A stretch of 64,000 bases of DNA, taken from positions 21,766 through 85,765 of the forward strand of contig CAVTUG010000001.1 in NCBI GenBank assembly GCA_963737865.1. The letters run 5' to 3'. Origin of the DNA: an uncultured Actinomycetota bacterium (lineage in GTDB: Bacteria > Actinomycetota > Actinomycetes > Streptosporangiales > Streptosporangiaceae). Both the position numbers and the translations under genes were made by a program. A model generated the notes under the pieces. It did no database searches and was not told the origin of the DNA. It saw nothing but the letters and a program-made list of their open reading frames with translations. Of this stretch, positions 19,526 through 27,063 are shown one piece after another. Position 1 is the stretch's first letter; each line of letters starts with the position of its first letter.

Positions 19526-20472
19526 CGTGCGGCCAGCAGCGCTGCGAGTTCGCTCAGATCGGCGAACTCGCCGGTGACCGCATACTGGACCATGAGATTC
19601 CGCCAATTAGGCTCGCGGCCCTCCGCGAAAGTCCAGCACTTCTTGCGGGGTAGGGCCAGAACGCGTCTTCCGGTGGCGGCGCAGGCTCCGGCGATCAATG
19701 CTGCGCCTGGTGGTGTCTCAGGTCCGGCTGTATCGATGAGAGCCAGGCTTGCGGCTTGTGCCGCTGCCCAGTCGGCTGCGGCAGCCTGTAGCGGCTCCGG
19801 CTGAGGACGGAATCTGGTGGCGATGCGCACGTCCCATCCTCTGGAAGTCAGCAATCGGGTCGCGTCCTGCCATATGTCGCATGCGGCATACGGCGATGGC
19901 TCGATATACGCTTGCCGTCTGGCTGCGTCGGTCCGGGCAATTGGTAACGTCGGCCTGGCGATTTGCAACGCCGTGATAGAACGGTCGGCGGCCTCCCGCA
20001 GTGGCTGCACATTACGTCGCAGGAAGGCGTGGTATCGGTCGTAGGTTCCTTCCGGAGACACAGCAAGCCTGCAGACTCGGATCACTTTGGCGAGCACGCT
20101 GTGGAGGAGTGGGTCGGGAAAGTCCAGCGCCGGTCCGCCCATGGTCAGCCCGTAGGTCTGGAAGTCGGTGGTCAAGGCGACAACCGGAACGCCGAGAGCG
20201 GCCGCGTACCCGATCTCCATGCATACGCCATCGTCCAGGCTTGGGCCGTGGAGCACGGCAAGCATCTTGTCGACATGAGCCAGCCGCTGACGGTCGAGTT
20301 CATACAGTCGGCGGCCTTTGCAAGGGTCGGCGAGGTCTTCCTCGTTCGTGTCGCAGAAAGGCAAGAACACTGCGTCCGTGCCAACGCGACGGGCTAACTG
20401 ATCGGCTAGGTAGGCGCCCAGGGCGCGGTCATGCAGAGAAAACAGCCGGTGGGCTACGTAATACTGTGCCAT
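19522..20472 (-). CDS. Tandem nucleoside 2-deoxyribosyltransferase/Rcl-fold protein (candidate N-glycoside hydrolase or base-exchange enzyme)
   Basis: The N-terminal half (YYVAHRLFSLHDR, FLPFCDTNEEDL, LHGPSLDDGVCMEIGYAAALGVPVVAL) fits the NDT/Rcl pattern. The C-terminal half (IDTAGPETPPGAALIAGACAATGRRVLAL) is a weaker second copy. Confidence 0.6.
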   Translation of the reverse strand: MAQYYVAHRLFSLHDRALGAYLADQLARRVGTDAVFLPFCDTNEEDLADPCKGRRLYELDRQRLAHVDKMLAVLHGPSLDDGVCMEIGYAAALGVPVVALTTDFQTYGLTMGGPALDFPDPLLHSVLAKVIRVCRLAVSPEGTYDRYHAFLRRNVQPLREAADRSITALQIARPTLPIARTDAARRQAYIEPSPYAACDIWQDATRLLTSRGWDVRIATRFRPQPEPLQAAAADWAAAQAASLALIDTAGPETPPGAALIAGACAATGRRVLALPRKKCWTFAEGREPNWRNLMVQYAVTGEFADLSELAALLAAR

Positions 20473-20482
20473 GATCCGCCTT

Positions 20483-21283
20483 TCAGGCCAGTATCGCTAA
20501 GCCTGGTTCGGTGACTGCCAGCGAGGCTGCGGCAACGGCCACTCGGAGCGCAACGGCAGGGGGATCTCCGGATGTGACGCGTGCCAGGAACGTTCCGGCG
20601 AGCGTGTCGCCAGCCCCCGTGACTTCGACAGGGTCAATGCGTGCTGGAGATACTTCGGCGACCCGACGTCCGTACCGGTGCAGCAGGACAGGTCGCGGTC
20701 CGTCAGAGACGACCACCGCAGCCAGGCTGTTGGGATCGATCAGTCCGGTAAGAGCGGAGTACTCGGCCGCGTTGACGAACACTACTTCTGCCTGGCACAG
20801 AAACGGTGCCGTGGACTTGATGAGAGCGCTCGCGCTGGCTATGTGAAAGTCCGCGCTGAACGGCGTTTGCTCGCGAGCCAAGCGGCTGAGAACCGCTTGA
20901 GCATCCAGGGGGCGCCGGCACGACACGTGGTACCGAGTGCGGCCACCGAGGGTATCGAGGCTGTGGCGAGTGAGCCAGCGGGCGACACCGAACGAGGAAG
21001 CAATGCTGCTTAACTCTCCCGTAGCGGTGTAGGTGAGTTTGAATGTGCAGGACTTGCCGACGGCCAGTCTGACGTCGGTCAGATCAATATTGGCGAGGCG
21101 CGGGTCGCTGTGAATCCATCTAAGGTCGGCGCCGATGACCGAAATGGGCGCCGCAGGGACTCCCGCTTTAACGGCCGCCCGCGCGACGTGGAACGCCGCC
21201 CCGCCCAATTGCTCAAATCGGCGGCCGTCCGGATAGACCGCAAGATCACGGGATATGTTGCCGATGACTGCCAGGGTGCTCAT
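20483..21283 (-). CDS. PfkB/ribokinase-family sugar or nucleoside kinase
   Basis: It has the C-terminal signature VTGAGDTLAGTF and an N-terminal VIGNISRDL..GGAAFHVA motif. 266 aa. Confidence 0.8.
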   Translation of the reverse strand: MSTLAVIGNISRDLAVYPDGRRFEQLGGAAFHVARAAVKAGVPAAPISVIGADLRWIHSDPRLANIDLTDVRLAVGKSCTFKLTYTATGELSSIASSFGVARWLTRHSLDTLGGRTRYHVSCRRPLDAQAVLSRLAREQTPFSADFHIASASALIKSTAPFLCQAEVVFVNAAEYSALTGLIDPNSLAAVVVSDGPRPVLLHRYGRRVAEVSPARIDPVEVTGAGDTLAGTFLARVTSGDPPAVALRVAVAAASLAVTEPGLAILA

Positions 21284-21289
21284 CAGATG

Positions 21290-22117
21290 TCACGGGGACC
21301 GTACGCACCGGCAGTTGAAGACCGCAGGGCACGCAGGTTCAGCATGGCACAAGTCGCGGGTTGGCCTGTTCAGGTAGAGACGTTTGAAGTAGATGAGTAC
21401 TAGATGAGTGAACCAGGTCGGTGAGACAGTATCGGGAATAGTGATCCGGTATCCGAGACCTGACGCCAGGTCCCGGTACGTGTCAGCGTTGTCATTTACT
21501 GCCCACTCTAGGAGTCTGCGCAGGTGCTCGTAGCCCTTCGCGCCTCGGGGCGCCGTTACTCCAAGCATCGGGGCCAGTTTGGTAACCATGCCGGCATCGA
21601 CGGGAATAATTCCGCTGTGGTATCCACGCGCATACAACACGGCACACTGTGCCGTGTTGTAGCCCGCCCCGTCGACCTTGGCGGCGAGCGAACTGATCAG
21701 GTCGTCTGCGGGCGTCGTGCCCAGATCGATTCCCGCATCGTTAGAGCAGCTAAGGAAACGATCTAGTGATCGAAGATATCTGGCGCGGGCGGACGGCAAC
21801 CCTATGGGGCGGATCAGGTCGATGAGAGATTCGTCGTCAGCGGCCGTCAGCACATCCCAGCCAGTGGCGTGCGCCCGGGCAACGACGCTGGAGTAGGTGT
21901 TGACCATCGAGTACGACACGCGCGAACTCCAGCCAGCTACAGCCATGCGGATCCGCCAGTCGGTCACGTATGTCGGCCACCACCGGTTCTCGTCATGATT
22001 GGCCTCTACGGCTGCCTGGACGTCAGGTCGCGCTGCCACTGCGGCGACAAAAGAACATAGCCTTCCGGCAACTTCGGGGGAAGGCATGGTCGGGGCTCCG
22101 GCTGGAGTTGACCTCAT
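21290..22117 (-). CDS. HhH-GPD superfamily (DNA-glycosylase fold) protein
   Basis: It has a helix-hairpin-helix-like GAGYNTAQCAVLYARGY followed by IIPVDAGM (candidate catalytic Asp), and an upstream SLIDLIRPIGLPSARARYLRSL. ATGA overlap at 22114-22117. Confidence 0.55.
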   Translation of the reverse strand: MRSTPAGAPTMPSPEVAGRLCSFVAAVAARPDVQAAVEANHDENRWWPTYVTDWRIRMAVAGWSSRVSYSMVNTYSSVVARAHATGWDVLTAADDESLIDLIRPIGLPSARARYLRSLDRFLSCSNDAGIDLGTTPADDLISSLAAKVDGAGYNTAQCAVLYARGYHSGIIPVDAGMVTKLAPMLGVTAPRGAKGYEHLRRLLEWAVNDNADTYRDLASGLGYRITIPDTVSPTWFTHLVLIYFKRLYLNRPTRDLCHAEPACPAVFNCRCVRSP

Positions 22118-22815
22118 GAGTTGTCTCCCAAAGTGAGTGCGTCGGTCACGATGGCCTGGTTTGAAGAGATGACGACCATTCCCAGATCCTGTGCGAGATC
22201 CTCGGCTAGGCCAAATGTCGGCCAGCCGGTGCAGGAAAGCACGATGGCCTGAGCGTGCTTTACCGCTTCGCTCCCGATCCGCCTGAGCAGGGCCTTCACT
22301 TCGGTGGGTTCGATACGTGAATAGCCATCCTCCAGGTTCAGCGTGGCATAGCCGGTGACCATGATGCCGTGTCTGCCTAGCGTGTCGGCCTCATCGTCTG
22401 CCATCGCTTGCGGGTACGGAGTGAGCAGCACGATGCGGCTGATTTGCCGATGTCGGAGAGCACTAAGTATGGCGTCGAACGCTGTGATCATCGGCACAGG
22501 GAAGGCGGCGCTGGCAGCCTGTGCCTGGTCCGGCATCATGAATGCTGCTGAGGTGCATGCCAGGTATACCCGGCCTAGAGGCAGTTCCGTCAGCTGACCG
22601 AGAGCGGCCGGGACCGCACTGATGAGGCCCGAGAGGAATTCCTGGCCAAGAGCCGTGCACCGCGAAGCTGGTACAAGTCGAGCGTAATGCCAGGTGATCG
22701 ACTCACCCGACCATAGTGGTAACTCGGCTTCAACAACCGAGTTCGCCCAAGGCACCAGGACGCCGGCATGCCCGACGAACCGCATCCGTGCTGGCTTAGG
22801 CGGCTGCTGTTGCAT
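22114..22815 (-). CDS. Asp/Glu/hydantoin racemase superfamily protein (maleate isomerase / arylmalonate decarboxylase-like)
   Basis: It has two cysteine motifs spaced as in this superfamily (YLACTSAAF and VLSCTGWPT). 233 aa. The start may be the internal MRFVGHAG. Confidence 0.6.
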   Translation of the reverse strand: MQQQPPKPARMRFVGHAGVLVPWANSVVEAELPLWSGESITWHYARLVPASRCTALGQEFLSGLISAVPAALGQLTELPLGRVYLACTSAAFMMPDQAQAASAAFPVPMITAFDAILSALRHRQISRIVLLTPYPQAMADDEADTLGRHGIMVTGYATLNLEDGYSRIEPTEVKALLRRIGSEAVKHAQAIVLSCTGWPTFGLAEDLAQDLGMVVISSNQAIVTDALTLGDNS

Positions 22816-24323
22816 GCCGGCTCTCCGATGATGTAGCGAGCCTCATGCGCAGTCACCACTAGGTCGACGGGTTCGCGCAGCGGTCGGACAGTCCCTAGTT
22901 CGAGCACCTGGATGGGGTAGGAACCGAGTCGGCGGTGCCAGGTGCCCTTTGATGTGACAAAGAACGAATGGAGTTCTGGGATCACATGTCCAGCCGGGTA
23001 GACACGCTGTTTCATCGGCTTGTCGAAGATTTGCGATACGTCAGCCTTCCAGGTCTCGAAATGCTCCGATGATGGAGGTTCCGCGACGTCACTCAACGCG
23101 GCGAGCGGTGTGCCGTCGTAGGCGTGAGCCTGACGTACGTTGATGCGATGGCACAAGTAGCCCTCATCCAGGATCCGTACCAGGCCAGCGAGATTCTCAT
23201 AGTGCGTCCGGTGAGTCTCGCCCGGGAGTCCGTAGACTAGGTTCAGCCCTGGCAGCAGCTTCGGTAGGCCTCCAGGGCCGGGGCCGGCCCCGGCCTCATT
23301 GATATTCGCGATCGCGCGCATCAGTATCTCCCGAGTGCACGTCAGAGAATTCTGGCCGATCACCTCGGGGTCAAAGCTTTCGATGCCCATGGGCGCACAG
23401 TTACCTTCAGTGCAGTAGGTGGCTACCAATCGCGCGATCGTCGCTCCGCTGCGTGATGCAACTGCCAGTGGATCAGCATTATCAATGTGAAGAACCTGCA
23501 GTTCGGGATTATTTGCTCGGATCGCTCCGAGAAGGCGCTCGATCGCTTGAGCATCACGGTTCAGATAAGAGAAGAAACAGGTCTGCTGGCCCAAACGTAG
23601 GTTTCGTACTCCACCACGGTACAGCGCTGAGATCTCGTCTATTACATCATCAGGATCCCGGAAGGCGACGATGCTGCTCTTGACCGGCTCATTGCAGAAT
23701 GAGCAATAGCGTCGCCGGGTGCAACCGCGGTACAGTTCGATCTCTGCGACTGGCTGCCAGCCAAGTTGGCTGATCAGGCCATCGAATGTGCTGCGGTCGG
23801 CCCTAAGCGACTCGTATGACGCTGCCTGTCGGCTACCTCCGGCAAGGTCGGCGGAAGTCACGGTGTGCGTGTGCGTGGCGTCGAACAACCCAGCGAATGC
23901 CGGATGTCCACGAACAACGGTCGTGCCGAGTGGGCCGAGCAGGATTCGCCTTCCTCGGGCGCAAGCCAGCGCGCGCACGATCTCATCTGCCGACCCATTA
24001 CGGGCATGTAAGTGGAATGAAGGAACGGCGTCACCCGCCACCACGACGGTCATTTGCGAATCGGCGAGAATCCTCAGTGTTTCCTCGCGATTGACGGTTG
24101 CCGAATAAGTTAGTGCGTCGGTGACAGGGGGTTGCGTGTATGGTTGGCACCCGTTAACGCACCAGCGCACGTCGTCAATGGTTACATACCGGACATCGTA
24201 TCCCGGAAATGCCTTTGTAAGGGCACTGTACGCGACTCTGGCATACGTAGATAAGTACGGCGGCACGCCCAGCCCACTCGGTTCCACCGTATAACAGTCC
24301 AAGATGGCGACGATCCCGGTCAT
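22590..24323 (-). CDS. Large radical SAM enzyme with CX5CX2C motif; the last ~75 codons overlap the next gene and are probably read-through
   Basis: YRGCTRRRYCSFCNEP is at 23694-23723. A downstream LVYGLPGETHRTHYENL resembles the methylthiotransferase-type radical SAM core. ATG 24323 is preceded by GGAGG. The ORF has TGC where an ATGA-type stop is expected at 22812-22814. Confidence 0.7.
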   Translation of the reverse strand: MTGIVAILDCYTVEPSGLGVPPYLSTYARVAYSALTKAFPGYDVRYVTIDDVRWCVNGCQPYTQPPVTDALTYSATVNREETLRILADSQMTVVVAGDAVPSFHLHARNGSADEIVRALACARGRRILLGPLGTTVVRGHPAFAGLFDATHTHTVTSADLAGGSRQAASYESLRADRSTFDGLISQLGWQPVAEIELYRGCTRRRYCSFCNEPVKSSIVAFRDPDDVIDEISALYRGGVRNLRLGQQTCFFSYLNRDAQAIERLLGAIRANNPELQVLHIDNADPLAVASRSGATIARLVATYCTEGNCAPMGIESFDPEVIGQNSLTCTREILMRAIANINEAGAGPGPGGLPKLLPGLNLVYGLPGETHRTHYENLAGLVRILDEGYLCHRINVRQAHAYDGTPLAALSDVAEPPSSEHFETWKADVSQIFDKPMKQRVYPAGHVIPELHSFFVTSKGTWHRRLGSYPIQVLELGTVRPLREPVDLVVTAHEARYIIGEPACNSSRLSQHGCGSSGMPASWCLGRTRLLKPSYHYGRVSRSPGITLDLYQLRGARLLARNSSRASSVRSRPLSVS

Positions 24324-24536
24324 AGTACAGCCTCCATGAACTTCGGGTGTACCTCACGCAACGCGTTCAGGTGCGACTCATTGTGGCACTTGATGTCTTT
24401 TTAGACAATGCCGATAGCTGTGTGTCGCGCGATATTAGAGTGACGCCGACCTAGAAGGGACAGTTGGCGCAGGGCAATATTTCATCGTGTTCTTAGTTCT
24501 CGCCGGTTCGCCGGGAAAAGGCACGCGAGCTGAACG

Positions 24537-24880
24537 CTAGCGGTCGTGGATGTGGATGAATCGGGTGGGCCAGTCTGAGATTGTAGCGATCGTCCGTACT
24601 CTGGAGCCGTTGTCGTCGTGGTAGTTCATTTCGGAGATCACGACCGAGGTTGGCGAATTGACCTTTTCGACGTAGGCGACGTGGCCGGCGGAGTACCAGG
24701 CCAGCGCGCCGACCGCCCATCGAAGATCGGATCATCCTGCCGGGCGAGGTCAGCCAGTACACGTCACGGGCCGCGCGACCGATGCCGTGACGCCCGAGCG
24801 AGCATCGTGCGGGGAGAACGGCAGAACTTGGAACGGCCAGATATCGGCGCCTAGCTCGCGCGCCGGTCAACCGGGGGCAG
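24537..24880 (-). pseudogene. Remnant of a CHAP/NlpC-P60-type peptidoglycan amidase (3' fragment, frameshifted, no start)
   Basis: My reverse-strand translation gives ALAWYSAGHVAYVEKVNSPTSVVISEMNYHDDNGSRVRTIATISDWPTRFIHIHDR, with the stop at 24539-24537. An in-frame TGA lies just upstream, and the upstream sequence is only readable by switching frames. Confidence 0.4.
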
Positions 24881-24940
24881 TAGTTGCGCGTCTGATTGTT
24901 GGAAGTACCTGTGACAGCGATTCCGGAAGGCGGTGACGCA

Positions 24941-26168
24941 GTGCGGAAGCGCGCCACGTCCGTTTTGATCGTGCTCGCCGCGGCCATTGCGGCGACCGGC
25001 ACGCTAGCTGAGATCGAGGGCACAGCACTCGCGGCTGGTGGGCCTGGAGCGGGGCGGGGGTCTGGCCCGGTCGCGTCGGGGAGCCTGCTGGCCTGGGGCA
25101 AGAACGTGAACGGCGAGCTCGGCGACGGCACCAGGAAGACGCGCAGCGTCCCCGTGACCGTCACCCTGCCTACGGGCACCAAGGTGACGGCGGTGACGGC
25201 CGGCGCGCATCACACCCTGGCCCTCACCGCAGCGGGGAGCGTGCTCGCCTGGGGGAGTAACACCGACGGGGAACTCGGCGACGGTGCCACGCAGACCAGC
25301 CTGGTGCCGGTCAGCGTCAACCTCGCGCCCGGCATCCGGATCACCGCCGTGCAGGCCGGGCTGCCACGACAGCATGGCTCTGACCGCTGCGGGTCGGGTG
25401 CTGACCTGGGGCGACAACGGCTTCGGCGAGCTCGGCGACGGCATCAGGACTAGCAGCGACGTTCCCGTGCAGGTGCGGCTGCCGGCCGGGACGACGGTTA
25501 CGGCCATCAGCGCTGGCTGCTTTTTCGACCTGGCGCTGACTTCGACTGGGCGGGTTTATGCCTGGGGGCGCAACTACGGCGGCTCGCTCGGCGACGGCAA
25601 GTTCAGTGCCGGAAGCACGGTCCCGGTCAGGGTCCGGCTGCCGGCCGGGGTGCGCGTCACGTCCTTCGGCGCGGGTTCACTCAACGCGCTAGCGGTCACC
25701 GCGACTGGCAAGGTCTACATCTGGGGCAATCTCACCGGCGGCACCCCACAGCTGGTCCACCTGCCCGTCGGGCGCCAGTCTGGCCGGGTGGTCGCGGTGG
25801 CGCTCGGCGCGCTGCACGCACTGGCTCTGACCTCGCGCGGTGTCATCATCGCCTGGGGTTACGACTACGCCGGCCAGCTGGGCGACGGCAAGACGTGCAA
25901 CTGCGACTTCGGCCCGGCGCGGGTGCTGCTGCCGGCGGGCGTGAAGGCCACCGGCATCGGCGCGGGCTTTTACGAGAGCTATGCGATCACGAGCGGGAAT
26001 CAGGTGTACGCGTGGGGTGACAACCGCCTCGGCCAGCTCGGGGCTGGCACCACGGCGATCAACAGCGACATTCCTGTCCTGGTGGCGCTGCCACCTGGCC
26101 AGCACGCGATCAGCATCGGGGGCGGGCCGAACGCCAACCACGGTCTCGCGGTCACGGTTGCGGGCTAG
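24941..26168 (+). pseudogene. Secreted RCC1-repeat (beta-propeller) protein; frame broken at the GGG run 25358-25360
   Basis: It has the signal-like VRKRATSVLIVLAAAIAATG. Repeats are LAWGKNVNGELGDG, LAWGSNTDGELGDG, LTWGDNGFGELGDG, YAWGRNYGGSLGDG, AWGYDYAGQLGDG and YAWGDNRLGQLGAG. Removing one G at 25358-25360 joins ITAVQAG to CHDSMALTAAGRVLTWG. Confidence 0.8.
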
Positions 26169-26230
26169 CGGGCCTGCCGGCGCTCCGGGACAGCAGCAAC
26201 GCGGGCCACGCCGTCGGCGCGGGCTGGTTC

Positions 26231-26426
26231 CTGTTGAAAATAGCCCGCCAACAGCAGCAAGTAGGAACTTGCTGCTGTTGCCGGGGCGGCCTCTCATGGA
26301 AGAAGCAAGTCCAGGTCGGTAAACCGTGCCGGGGGTGACCTGCGTCTTGTCATCGGGACACCAACTAAGTCGGAGGATTCTCGATGTCGCGACGCACAGC
26401 CGGAACGCGGTCCGCGCGGGTGCAGG
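26231..26426 (+). repeat. Direct repeat copy A: duplicated upstream region, RBS and first ~14 codons of gene 27021, ending in a truncated 44-codon ORF (26384-26518)
   Basis: The 26311-26426 block matches 26949-27063 at roughly 90 percent or better by eye, including GGAGGA and ATGTCGCGACGCACAGC. The 26231-26280 block matches 26841-26890. Confidence 0.8.
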
Positions 26427-26466
26427 ACCGAGGCTGCCCGGTGCCAGCCGCCGGTGCCAGCCGCCG

Positions 26467-26587
26467 CAGGAGGGTTCTCGGGTCCTCCGGGGAGGGTTTC
26501 CGCATGCAGGAGACTTAGGGGTGCTATCACGCGGTCAACTCTCCCCGACGCGGAACGCCTCCCCCAGGAACCCGAGAACTCTCCCCC
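26467..26587. repeat. Long imperfect palindromic element (about 50-nt arms, about 20-nt loop), copy 1
   Basis: The left arm is caggagggttctcgggtcctccggggagggtttccgcatgcaggagact. The reverse complement of the right arm is ggggagagttctcgggttcctgggggaggcgttccgcgtcggggagagttg. The two are about 80 percent identical by eye. Confidence 0.7.
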
Positions 26588-26840
26588 CACACGGAAAACC
26601 TCCCCGCCCGAACCGGACCCACCCGGAAAACCTCCCCAGCCGAACCGGAAAACCTCTCGCGCCAGCCCGCAGAGCCTCCACCCAGCGAGAACCCTCCTGA
26701 CAGCACCCGAAAACCTCCCCCAGACAACAGCCCGCCCCCGCACCCACCCCAGCGGCTCCCCAAACCGGGCCCATCGCGACTCAAGATCAACCTAAGCCAA
26801 GCGGCATTGCGTCAGGACGACAGTAAGTAGGACCATGGTG

Positions 26841-27063
26841 CTGTTTAAAATGGCCCGCCGACAGCAGTAAGTAGGAACTTGCTGCTATTGCGCGCCGGTC
26901 GCGAGCTTGCGGCGCGTTGCCGGCGCGGTCGCTGGGGAGGAAGAAAGGCCAGGTCGGTAAACCGTGCGGGGGTGACCAGCGTCATGTCATCGGGACACCA
27001 ACCAAGTCGGAGGATTCTCGATGTCGCGACGCACAGCAGGAACGCGGTCCGTGCAGGTGCAGG
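26841..27063 (+). repeat. Direct repeat copy B (functional 5' region of the secreted repeat-protein gene)
   Basis: See copy A. This copy contains an extra ~25 bp in its central, diverged part. Confidence 0.8.

Noticed and set aside
24493-25182. A 229-aa minus-strand ORF.
   Set aside because: It is a chimera. Its 3' part is the CHAP remnant read out of frame, and its 5' part is antisense to the RCC1-repeat gene.
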